From assembly GCA_041750915.1 (NCBI GenBank), contig JBGSYJ010000290.1, positions 1 through 54,436 of the forward strand: a stretch of 54,436 nt of DNA, written 5' to 3'. The position numbers and the translations under genes were made by a program. Positions 46,038-54,436 of the stretch are shown here, piece by piece. The number at the start of each line of letters is the position of its first letter. Position 1 is the first letter of the stretch. Under the pieces are notes generated by a model. The model was not told where the DNA came from. It was given only the letters and a program-made list of their open reading frames with translations, and did not search any database. Source of the stretch: Thermoanaerobaculia bacterium. GTDB taxonomy: Bacteria; Acidobacteriota; Thermoanaerobaculia; Gp7-AA8.

Positions 46038-49000
46038 TCAGATTCCCAGCTGCTGGCTCGAGAGATAGAAGTACAGCCCTCTCGCGCTCATCAGTTCATC
46101 GTGCGTACCCGTCTCGGCAATCTCACCCCTCTCGAGCACTACGATTCTGTCGGCATCGCGGATGGTACTGAGGCGGTGCGCGATGATCACAGCCGTGCGG
46201 CCCGACATGAGCCGCGTGAGGTTCTGCTGGATCGCACGCTCCGACTCCGAGTCGAGTGCGCTCGTCGCCTCATCGAAGATGAGAATCGGCGGATCGTTGT
46301 AGACCGCGCGCGCGATCGAGATGCGCTGTTTCTGGCCGCCGGATATCGCGAGTCCCGACTCGCCGATCCGCGTCTCGTATCCGAGTGGTAGCCGCATGAT
46401 GAAGTCGTGTGCGTTCGCGAGCTGCGCGGCCCAGAGCGCGCGATCAAAATCCGGCTCGATATCGCCGAATGCGATGTTCCGGAGAATCGTCTCGTCGAAC
46501 ATGTGATTTTCCTGAAGCACCAGCCCGATCTGCTTCCGCAGATCGCGATGATTCAGCGTCCTCATGTCTACGCGGTCGAACAGGATCGTGCCTTCGGTCG
46601 GCTCGAGCAGTCCCGCAAGCAACTTGACGAGCGTCGTCTTTCCGCATCCGCTCCGTCCGACGAGGGCGACCGTCTTCCCCGGCGCGATCTCGAGGTCGAT
46701 CCCGCTGAGAATCGTCGGCGACTCCGGCCCGCCGTATCGAAACCCCGCCTTCCTCATCTCGATCCGTCCTTCGAGCGAGGAGACAGGAACGAGCGCCGAG
46801 CGGTCGTGCCCCTGTTCGGGCTCCTGCTCGAAGACGTCATCGAGGCGTCCCAGCATCACGACTGCCCGCTGGTACTCGTCCCAGATTCCGAGGGCTCGCA
46901 TGATCGCCCCGAATGCCATGAGCGTCAGGGCGTTGAATGCCACGAAGACGCCGATGGTGATCTCCCCCGCGATGACCATCCGCGCGCCAACCCAGAGAAA
47001 CAGAGCCGTCGCGAGCATTCCGACGACCTGGATCATGCTCTCGTACGTCATCACGACGAAGCTTCCCCGGAACATCTTCTTCGCGACTCTGAGGAATTCG
47101 TTGAGCATTGCGTCGCGGAACGTCTGCTCGGCGGAGGCAGCTTTGACCGCTTCGATCCCTTTGATTGCGTCGATCTGATGGGAGCTGTATCGCCCCCAGC
47201 TTTCTTCGATGTCCGCGAAGAGAGGACGGAGGAGGCGGACCGAGAAGTACATCAGCGCAGCGTAGAACGGCACCGTGAGGAGAAAGACGCCTGCAAGCTT
47301 CGCGCTGTAGAACGCCATCAGCACGAGAGCGCCCAGCAGACTGATGATCGAGAGAACGCCTCCGATGCCCTGCTGAACCGCGAACTGCCTGACCTCACGG
47401 GCACCGTCGAGCCTTCTCTGGATGTCGCCGGTCCTGCGGCTGTTGAAGTACGACAATGGCAGAGCGAGCAGTTTCCGCGTGAGAAAATCGAGAATCCCCG
47501 AGTCGATGCGAACGGCCGCGAAGGCGAGCAGATACTGCTGCGCGAGGTTCGACAGCACCATGAACACGAGCGCGATCACCATGCCGATCACGATGATGTT
47601 GAGCATGCCGACGTCGTTCTCGACGATCACCCGGTCGACCACCATCTGCGTGAAGATCGGAAAGATCAGCTGCAACAGGGTGACGATTCCGGCGAGGAGA
47701 AAGACCTGAAGAAAGAGTGTCTGATAGCCGGAGAAGAAAGGCTTCAGCCAGGCGACTCCTCCTGTGCCTTCAGGCGTTTCCGCGAACTTGTCCGTGTAGT
47801 CGAAGAGCGCTGCATAGCCGGACCACCGCTGCTCGAATTCGGCGCGCGGAATCTTCCTGATACCGCTTGCCGGATCGGCGACGCGGACATACTTCGGACC
47901 GACGTCGAACACCACGAGCCAGTGGTTGCCCTCCCAGTGAGCGATCGCCGGCATCGGCATCAGCGGCAGGTTCCGCGGAGTCACCTTGAGCGCGCGCGCG
48001 GCGAGCCCCAGCTCGGTCGCCGCGCTGCAGAGGGCTTTCAGGCTCGTGCCGTCTGTCGAGGTGAAACAGAGCTTTCGGATGCGGGCGAGGCTGACCTTCC
48101 GTCCGAAGTGGCGACAGATCATTCCAAGCGCCGCGGCGCCGCAGTCCATCTCGTCGATCTGGCTGACGAAGGGGAACTTGCGAATGCGTTTGCCCCTCCG
48201 CGGCTCGTCTTTTTCGTCATCGAGATCAGAGCCGTCGGTCTGGTCGAGGCCGACTTTCGAGCTGACGCTCGCTTCCGCCGGCAACATCTCGCGCGCGAAA
48301 TCGAGCGGGACGCGCGCTTCTGCATTTACGTTGTATTGCGCCAAGCGCTCGGCGAGCAGCTTCTCGAACTCGGGGAACCTGCTCCGGAGCTCGAGCACCG
48401 TCTCGGGAGGCAGCGCGAGGAGCGTGCAGTCTGTTACGGCGTCGACAGATGCTGCACGCGTCGAGCCGTTGAGGATCGACAGCTCTCCGAAGAAATCTCC
48501 TTCCCGGTAAAACGCAAGGAGCTTCGGCTGTCCGTTGTCGCTGTCGAACGCGCGCACTTTTCCTGACTGCACGACGTACATCGGACCTGCAGCATCGCCC
48601 TTGCTCAGGATCCTCGAGCCCGCGGGATACGTTTCGGGAGTGAGCCGCTGAATCAGCTCGTTGAGCGCCGGCTCAGGAAGTCTGCCGAAATTGCTGAACT
48701 CGTATAGAAAGCCGTGGAGGGTGCGGTAGCGCTGCGTCGCCTCCAGGTATCCCCGCAGCTCGGGATACTGTGTGATGAGGCGGTCGAAATCGTCGCGTGA
48801 AAGACGAAGCGCCTCCACGAGACTCGAGCAGCGAACGCTCGCCGTCCGCACCTCTTTCGTCAGAAGCGCCGATTCGCCGAACTCGCTTCCCGGCCGGAGC
48901 ACGTTGAGGGCGATCTCGTCACCCCGCTCGGTTGTCTTGATGACCCGCGCACGCCCCGCCGTCAGAATGTAAAACGCGTCCGCGGGATCGCCCTGACGCA

Positions 49001-49118
49001 CGATCACGTCGCCAAAGTCGTACTGGACCTTGTGGAAGAGACCGCGCACCCGTTCCTGATGTTCCGGAGGAAAGAACCGGAAGAGGGATGACTGGCTGAG
49101 AAAAGGCTCGGTGCTCAT
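46038..49118 (-). CDS. Peptidase-containing ABC transporter (2x cNMP-binding + C39 + TMD + NBD)
   Basis: FGESALL / FFGELSIL cNMP motifs; QIDEMDCGAAAL, HW..NHW; GRSGCGKT, SGGQKQR, DEATSALD. Confidence 0.95.
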   Translation of the reverse strand: MSTEPFLSQSSLFRFFPPEHQERVRGLFHKVQYDFGDVIVRQGDPADAFYILTAGRARVIKTTERGDEIALNVLRPGSEFGESALLTKEVRTASVRCSSLVEALRLSRDDFDRLITQYPELRGYLEATQRYRTLHGFLYEFSNFGRLPEPALNELIQRLTPETYPAGSRILSKGDAAGPMYVVQSGKVRAFDSDNGQPKLLAFYREGDFFGELSILNGSTRAASVDAVTDCTLLALPPETVLELRSRFPEFEKLLAERLAQYNVNAEARVPLDFAREMLPAEASVSSKVGLDQTDGSDLDDEKDEPRRGKRIRKFPFVSQIDEMDCGAAALGMICRHFGRKVSLARIRKLCFTSTDGTSLKALCSAATELGLAARALKVTPRNLPLMPMPAIAHWEGNHWLVVFDVGPKYVRVADPASGIRKIPRAEFEQRWSGYAALFDYTDKFAETPEGTGGVAWLKPFFSGYQTLFLQVFLLAGIVTLLQLIFPIFTQMVVDRVIVENDVGMLNIIVIGMVIALVFMVLSNLAQQYLLAFAAVRIDSGILDFLTRKLLALPLSYFNSRRTGDIQRRLDGAREVRQFAVQQGIGGVLSIISLLGALVLMAFYSAKLAGVFLLTVPFYAALMYFSVRLLRPLFADIEESWGRYSSHQIDAIKGIEAVKAASAEQTFRDAMLNEFLRVAKKMFRGSFVVMTYESMIQVVGMLATALFLWVGARMVIAGEITIGVFVAFNALTLMAFGAIMRALGIWDEYQRAVVMLGRLDDVFEQEPEQGHDRSALVPVSSLEGRIEMRKAGFRYGGPESPTILSGIDLEIAPGKTVALVGRSGCGKTTLVKLLAGLLEPTEGTILFDRVDMRTLNHRDLRKQIGLVLQENHMFDETILRNIAFGDIEPDFDRALWAAQLANAHDFIMRLPLGYETRIGESGLAISGGQKQRISIARAVYNDPPILIFDEATSALDSESERAIQQNLTRLMSGRTAVIIAHRLSTIRDADRIVVLERGEIAETGTHDELMSARGLYFYLSSQQLGI

Positions 49119-50206
49119 CTCACCACGCGAATCGCATTTGACGGCTGGATGTGACGGCTGCAGAGGTCTGCGAACGTCTCATCGAGAACAACCCGATCGA
49201 TCCTCTCGACTACGGCGGGATCGGAGAGAGAAGGGTCGAGCTTTCTGATGAGCTGGTAGACGCGGAATCCGTCATCCACACTGACGGGTGCGAGCGCCTC
49301 TCCCACTTCGGCGCAGAACAGCCGCTGCGCGAGCCCCGGCTCGACTCCTTCGAGCCAGACCTCTGTCTCCTCGGAGATGTACCCGCTCTCTTCCGCCACT
49401 TTCTCGAGCGTCGTGCCGTCTTCCCGCACGCACAGAACCGCTTCTTTCGCTGCGGCCTCTGAGTCGAGGTCGAGCGTCCGGATCGCGACGCGTTCGAGAG
49501 CTGTTCCGAGCGCGTGAAGGTGCCGCTGCCTCGCCTCGGCTGTCAGCGCCTTTGATCGGATGGCTTCGTAGGCGGCTTCGAGCCGGAGCATCTCGTCGAG
49601 CCACGCCTGCGCGCGTTGCGTGTTCTCGAGCCATTCGGCGATGCCGGATATGTCCAGTTGGTGGCGAGCAAAAAACGCCTCGCGCGCCCTTGTGATGTCG
49701 ATCAATTCTTTACTTTGTTCGATCTCGAGCGCACTCGCGACACGTCGCTGCAGCGCGTCGTCGAGAGCATCCATGCGGTCTGACATCCAGAGGTGCACAG
49801 CCAGTCGGCGGTTGAGGTCTTCGAGCTCCCCGGCAGGCGGTGCGTCCGGCAGCTCAGTTCTGCATACTCGCGCAGCGATCCAGGCGCCGAATTCATCGGT
49901 GGTCAGCCCGCGAGCCCGAATCCATTCTTCCGTCTCTCCTGCGGTGATGAGATCGCGGGCGTAACGGTATCTGTCTGAAAACGCCTGGAGGTCTTCGGAA
50001 TCGGGTTCGTGACCCCGCTCCTCTGCGAGCTCCTCCGCACCTGCCAGCTCGAGCGTTTCGCGGATCGCGTCGTGGAGTTCATTGCGAAAGACCGCTGCGG
50101 CGAGGGCGTCGTCGACGGTCCAGGACTTTCCACCAGCGACGAACAGCACGATCCCGCTGAGCGCCGTGCTCAGATCCCTCGCCAGCAATCGTTCCGAAGC
50201 GGGCAT
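49115..50206 (-). CDS. Parvulin/PpiC-like chaperone typically encoded with cNMP-PCAT operons
   Basis: FSDRYRYARDLITA..WIRARGLT; AAKEAVLCVREDG..VAEE; ATGA overlap with the transporter. Confidence 0.65.
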   Translation of the reverse strand: MPASERLLARDLSTALSGIVLFVAGGKSWTVDDALAAAVFRNELHDAIRETLELAGAEELAEERGHEPDSEDLQAFSDRYRYARDLITAGETEEWIRARGLTTDEFGAWIAARVCRTELPDAPPAGELEDLNRRLAVHLWMSDRMDALDDALQRRVASALEIEQSKELIDITRAREAFFARHQLDISGIAEWLENTQRAQAWLDEMLRLEAAYEAIRSKALTAEARQRHLHALGTALERVAIRTLDLDSEAAAKEAVLCVREDGTTLEKVAEESGYISEETEVWLEGVEPGLAQRLFCAEVGEALAPVSVDDGFRVYQLIRKLDPSLSDPAVVERIDRVVLDETFADLCSRHIQPSNAIRVVR

Positions 50207-50320
50207 CGATCACTCTCCAGACAGCCTGCCCGGTCCATACCGGAGGCGGGCAGGCTGTACAACCGGGACATTGGAAAGAGGCGACTAGTATCCCCTAACA
50301 CTGGCAAAACAGGGGAGCCT

Positions 50321-50465
50321 CATGTGGCAGGGCCCTCCGAGGCCCTGCCTTTCCATATCGTCGAGACGTACTGCACCTGGACCTTTCATCACGGGTCGTC
50401 GCTCCAGGCGTCGTACAACTTCACGGCTCGGAAGAGGCAGGGCCTCGGAGGGCCCTGCCAGGTGG
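50321..50465. repeat. Family C REPIN-like element, full copy (diverged spacer)
   Basis: CATGTGGCAGGGCCCTCCGAGGCCCTGCC...GGCAGGGCCTCGGAGGGCCCTGCCA. Confidence 0.88.
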
Positions 50466-50521
50466 GAACGGGGCCGGAATCAGCTACGATATGTCCCGTT
50501 CCCAACTGATGCGAGGTCCCG

Positions 50522-51566
50522 GTGAACATTCAGAGCCGCGTCCGGCGGATCTATGAGCGTCGTCCCTATCCGCCTCCGGAACTGCGAAGAAAAGGGGAGC
50601 GGTGGTCGTTGCCGCCGCTCGAGTGGATTCTTGCAGTATCCGACCCGGAGGCACCTCCGGTCCGCACGATTCTCGTTGCGGGATGCGGTGTCGGAAGCGA
50701 GGCATTCGCGTGCGCCCGGCGCTTCCCGACGGCGGACGTTGTCGGAGTCGATTTCAGCCCACGCTCGATAGAGACGGCGCGGCGGCTTCAGCGTGGGGTG
50801 CCCGAAAAGGGATCGAATCCGATTCGAAGTAGCCGACCTCACCGACTCGAGGCTGCCGGAGATTACCGGTGGGGAATTTGATCTCGTCTCGTGTCATGGG
50901 GTGCTCTCGTACATTCCCGATCCAGGGGAGACGCTCCGCTATTTCGTGAAGGCAATGTCGAAATGGGGCACGCTCGTACTGGGAGTGAACGGGGCGATTC
51001 ATCCGAGTCTCCAGATCCGCGTTCGCTCCCGCTGTTCGGAGTGAATCCTGATGAGTTTCACGACACGAAGAGAAGTCGGGCGGTGCTTGCGATTCACGAT
51101 TCGATCATGGTTCATCCGTCGGTGAATCTTACCGACGAGACGCCTGAGTACATCGCGAGCGATATCTTCGGTCCGCTGAATCAGTCGTTGCCGCTGCGGG
51201 AGTGGAGCCGTATGTGCCGTGACGCGGGGCTGCATCTGCGTTCGAACTTCTACGCGAACATTTCGCTGCGGGAGGTTCTGAACCGCGGACAGCAGCCGCT
51301 GCTGATGCCGCGCTCGAGGGCGGAGGTCAGCGAGCTGTTCGACGTGATCCAGCCGGGAACCTTCTACCGCGCGGTTTACTCGCGCCGGCGGCCGAAGGAA
51401 CCAGACTGGGCGGATGGCAGATCGCTCCTCGACTGGAAGCCGGTCATCTCGTCCCTGTTCAAGTTCGAATGGCCCGCCGCCGGCGGCGCGTGGCACAACC
51501 TCAAACAGTGAGCGAGCAGCTGTACATTCTTCACCAGCTGGCGGTGATCAATCTGCTGCCTCGTTC
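50522..51566 (+). pseudogene. Class I SAM-dependent methyltransferase, frameshifted
   Basis: VRRIYERRPYP, ILVAGCGVG, VDFS / FDLVSCHGVL / later segments lie in different frames (breaks near 50800, 51030 and 51505). Confidence 0.8.
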
Positions 51567-51656
51567 CCCCTCTCCCCGCGCGCGACGATCTCGCAAGTCC
51601 TCGACATCAGCGCGGATGCCGCGCGCCACCCTCTCCCCGACTTCGCCGGGAGAGGG
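51567..51656. repeat. Family E element, internal segment plus right end; left end missing
   Basis: Direct repeat of 29027..29089, then CCCTCTCCC..GGGAGAGGG. Confidence 0.85.
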
Positions 51657-52878
51657 AGAGCACGGGCGCTGCCGCATTCCTTGTCCCTTCGGAGCTATCG
51701 GAGCGTGCCGTGCCGTGCGTCACGAGTGAAAAAACCAGGAGTGTGGTGAAGAGAACTTCGCTGTCTCCGAAGTTGTACTCGAATGCTCCTGCCACTGTAA
51801 GCGCGACCGCGACTGCAATTCCGATGTCGGCCCAGACGCGCGTCTGCGAGTTTTCATGTCGCCGGGAAATGCATTCTTTGAGAAAGATTGCGATCAACAG
51901 GGCGTAGCCGATCAGGGCGAACAGGCCTCGCTCGGCCCAGATCTGCACGACATTGTTGTGCAGGTGTGGAACAACGAAGCGCGGCGCGTCGGCGCTTCTG
52001 TACAGTGGATAGACTTCTTCGACGTTCGTCGGACCGACGCCGAAGAGCGGATAGTCGGCGATGATTGCCATGCCCGCCTGCACCATGCGGATTCGGTCGA
52101 GGTTCGACGCCTGCTCGACGTCGAAGGTTGAAACGAGGCGTGAAAAAAGAGCCAGCGGACTGAATGTCACCGCCAGGATGATGACGGGGACGAGGTATAG
52201 CAGCCAGCGCGCGCGGCGTCTGAGCATGATGACGGCGAGGCCGGCTCCCCAGCCGATCCACGCTCCCCGCGTGAATGTCAGGATGAGAGCCAGCGACGTC
52301 AGCGCAGCGGCTGCGGACGTGAGACGATCCCGCCGCCGGAAAGCCAGCAGGATGAGCAGCAGCGACATCGCGACCATCATTCCGGAGAAGGTCATGACGT
52401 GCGAGAGGGAAGCGGTGATCCTTCTCTCGAGCTCTTTCTCGTGGTAGCCGAGGATGAAGTACTGTACGAGCCCGTAGCTCGAGAGGAAGAGGGCGACTGC
52501 GATCAGCGCGCCGATGCTGCGCTCGAAGAGGTTGCGTACAGCTCCGAGTAAAGTGATCCCGAGTGGAAATGCGAGAAAGTAGAACCAATCGCTCGTCTCT
52601 AGTCCGCCCTCCCACCGGTTCGGTCGCAGAATGTGAGAAATCGTCGAGGCGATGAGGTAGACAAGAAGGGGAAGATAGAGGGGATGGAAAGGGACCGTGA
52701 GCTGCCTTCGGCGGAGTGCGATGCCGGCTGCGATGATCGATAGCGCGAGGAAGCCCTGCGCGGTGGCGTTCCATCCGAGGCAGAGGATGTGCGCGAGGTA
52801 GAAGAGGGCGGCGTAGCGGACAGCGGGGGGAAGGTCGGAAGGGAGTCCGAGCCGGCTGGCGAACGCCGCTGAGCTCAG
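51607..52878 (-). CDS. O-antigen ligase / Wzy_C family membrane protein
   Basis: Multiple TMs; TFTRGAWIG, PLFGVG, HLHN..Q..AERG; start uncertain, with a CTG overlapping the upstream stop preferred. Confidence 0.88.
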   Translation of the reverse strand: MSSAAFASRLGLPSDLPPAVRYAALFYLAHILCLGWNATAQGFLALSIIAAGIALRRRQLTVPFHPLYLPLLVYLIASTISHILRPNRWEGGLETSDWFYFLAFPLGITLLGAVRNLFERSIGALIAVALFLSSYGLVQYFILGYHEKELERRITASLSHVMTFSGMMVAMSLLLILLAFRRRDRLTSAAAALTSLALILTFTRGAWIGWGAGLAVIMLRRRARWLLYLVPVIILAVTFSPLALFSRLVSTFDVEQASNLDRIRMVQAGMAIIADYPLFGVGPTNVEEVYPLYRSADAPRFVVPHLHNNVVQIWAERGLFALIGYALLIAIFLKECISRRHENSQTRVWADIGIAVAVALTVAGAFEYNFGDSEVLFTTLLVFSLVTHGTARSDSSEGTRNAAAPVLSLSRRSRGEGGARHPR

Positions 52879-53114
52879 GGCTGTTCGATCGCTTCGTCGA
52901 TGAGCATCACCGGGATGTCGCTCACGATCGGATAGATCCGATGGCATTTCACGCATTGCAGACCATCTTCCACTACCGGCTCTTCATCCCGGAACTTGTC
53001 GCGGTAGCGATCTTTTACAGTGGTCCGGGTGTGCTCCGGTAGAGACAGGAGCTTGACCTCCTCCTTACAGAGGGGACAGGCGAGAATTTCGAGCAATCCT
53101 GCGTCAACGGCCAT
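52875..53114 (-). CDS. Trm112 family protein
   Basis: LLEILACPLCK..C..C.RIYPI..DIPVML. Confidence 0.92.
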   Translation of the reverse strand: MAVDAGLLEILACPLCKEEVKLLSLPEHTRTTVKDRYRDKFRDEEPVVEDGLQCVKCHRIYPIVSDIPVMLIDEAIEQP

Positions 53115-53174
53115 GCGGGCGGTAGTGTAGCATTTTTAATCCGGAACCGGCTTTCACGCTTCGAGGGGACACAA

Positions 53175-54254
53175 CTGAGAGTTCTGCATCTCGCATCATT
53201 CCACGAATGGACCGGCGCAGCCGCGGTCGCTTTCAGCGAGGTTCTTGCCCTGCGCAGCCGCGGGATCGATGCGCGCTTCGCCTATGTCGGAGGGGGTCTG
53301 CTCGAAGAGAAGATTGGCGGGCACGACTTCACCTACGGCATCATTTCGAAGCAGCAGAATCCGTGGACGATCTACCGGAACGGCTCGGCGATTCGACGAC
53401 TCGTGCACCGGGAGTCGATCGATCTGATCCACGCGCATCTGACGTTCGATCACTGGCTGGCCCGGCTCGCCGCGCGGGGAACGGGAAAGATCGTCCGGAC
53501 TTTCCATGCGCGGCGTCCCCTGCGTAACGACCTTCCGACCCGTGACCTGCTCAAATCGACCGATGGGATCGCCGTAGTCAACCACATGCTCGCCAGCGAA
53601 AGGCCGATCCGCGACCGGAAAGTCTGGTTCACTCCGCCTCCGGTGGATCTCAGTGAGTTCAGACCGGGAATCCGGAGTGCGCGGCCGGCACTCGGTCTGC
53701 CGGTCGACACGCCGCTGTTCGGTGTCATCGGAAAGATCGCGCCGCAGCGAGGCTTTGAAGAAGCTCTCGAGGCGTTTGCCCTGATCCTGACCGCCATTCC
53801 ATCCGCAAAACTGCTGATCCTGGGCGAAGGGCCGCACCGGCCGCATCTCGAAGGGCTTGCGCGCGATCTTCGCATCGACGGGACGCTGGTATGGGCCGGC
53901 TATCACGAAGACGATCTGGCTTCGTACTACACCGGGATGGACGTGATGCTTTTCACTGCCGCGGGCTCCGATGAAGGGCACCGCGCCGTGATCGAAGCGA
54001 TGGCGTGCGGGACACCTGTGGTCAGCCGTCCGATTGATGGAATCGAGAGCGTTCTCGGGTCGCTTGCGGCTTCCCTGATCAGCCCGGGCATGGATGCGGC
54101 CTCCCAGGCCTCGATCGCGTCGACTCTGTTCCTCAGCGGTAACGCGAGGACCGTTGGAGCGGCATGCGCGTCCGAAGCGCAGAGGTTCGGCTTCGAGCCT
54201 GCCGCGACGCGTCTCGAGCAGTTGTACGCCGAGGTGAGGGGCGGCGGGGGGTAG
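53175..54254 (+). CDS. Glycosyltransferase family 4
   Basis: CTG start after GAGGGG gives (M)RVLHLAS; RTFH, GEGP, EAMACGTPVV motifs. Confidence 0.9.
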   Translation: MRVLHLASFHEWTGAAAVAFSEVLALRSRGIDARFAYVGGGLLEEKIGGHDFTYGIISKQQNPWTIYRNGSAIRRLVHRESIDLIHAHLTFDHWLARLAARGTGKIVRTFHARRPLRNDLPTRDLLKSTDGIAVVNHMLASERPIRDRKVWFTPPPVDLSEFRPGIRSARPALGLPVDTPLFGVIGKIAPQRGFEEALEAFALILTAIPSAKLLILGEGPHRPHLEGLARDLRIDGTLVWAGYHEDDLASYYTGMDVMLFTAAGSDEGHRAVIEAMACGTPVVSRPIDGIESVLGSLAASLISPGMDAASQASIASTLFLSGNARTVGAACASEAQRFGFEPAATRLEQLYAEVRGGGG

Positions 54255-54258
54255 TTTT

Positions 54259-54295
54259 CCCCTCTCCCCGTGTGAACGGGGAGAGGGGCAGGGGG
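54259..54295. repeat. Family E element, left arm
   Basis: CCCCTCTCCCCGTGTGAACGGGGAGAGGGGCA is identical to 28928. Confidence 0.85.
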
Positions 54296-54336
54296 CATAT
54301 GCACTAACTTTGACGCTCGAACCGGGCCAGGAGACC

Positions 54337-54431
54337 GAATGTTGAATGTTGAAATTGTGAATGGTGAATGTTGAATTGGGCACCGGGTCTTCATTCAACA
54401 TTCAAAATTCACAATTTCAACATTCAACATT
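54337..54431. repeat. Inverted pair of AT-rich heptamer arrays (GAATGTT / AACATTC) forming a long hairpin
   Basis: Left arm 54337-54376, right arm 54392-54431. Confidence 0.85.
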
Positions 54432-54436
54432 GCAGT

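Noticed and set aside
46407-48566. 719-aa plus-strand ORF (also 14447..15607, 5723..6754, 39286..40314, 53196..54401)
   Set aside because: Antisense shadows of well-supported genes in GC-rich DNA, with no recognisable motifs.
50790-51050. Programmed frameshifting in the methyltransferase
   Set aside because: There are several independent breaks plus a deletion and no clear slippery heptamer; decay or sequencing error is more likely.
28928-51656. Classical integron or prophage
   Set aside because: No intI, no GTTRRRY/RYYYAAC attC boxes recognised, genes lie on both strands, and no phage genes are present.

Overview
GC-rich bacterial chromosomal window; gene content and repeat families suggest Acidobacteriota (Thermoanaerobaculia-like), which is inference only. 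It opens with the 3' end of a group II intron inserted inside a palindromic repeat. Bases ~0.2-28.8 kb are mostly core or signalling genes: aspartyl protease, a SAM-II riboswitch-controlled homocysteine methyltransferase/MTHFR fusion, a class A PBP, a histone H1-like protein, a Ser/Thr kinase-FHA-protease-PP2C-cyclase cluster, thiD, lepB, an ahbAB fusion, an icd-like dehydrogenase, an amgK-like kinase, cyclophilin, and an ECF sigma/anti-sigma/DUF4097 operon. Bases ~29.0-51.6 kb form an accessory patchwork with no integrase or transposase. It is bracketed by two halves of one repeat element, and most genes or modules inside are bounded by REP/REPIN-like hairpins. It holds TA modules, gene remnants, a CorE-like sigma factor, a probable unannotated selenoprotein (lipoprotein + UxxS thioredoxin-like domain + TlpA, in-frame UGA with a SECIS-like hairpin), and a PPIase-PCAT-HlyD-sigma54 activator operon ending in a small double-glycine peptide gene. 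The window ends in surface polysaccharide genes. All family calls come from motif recognition by eye; no searches were run.
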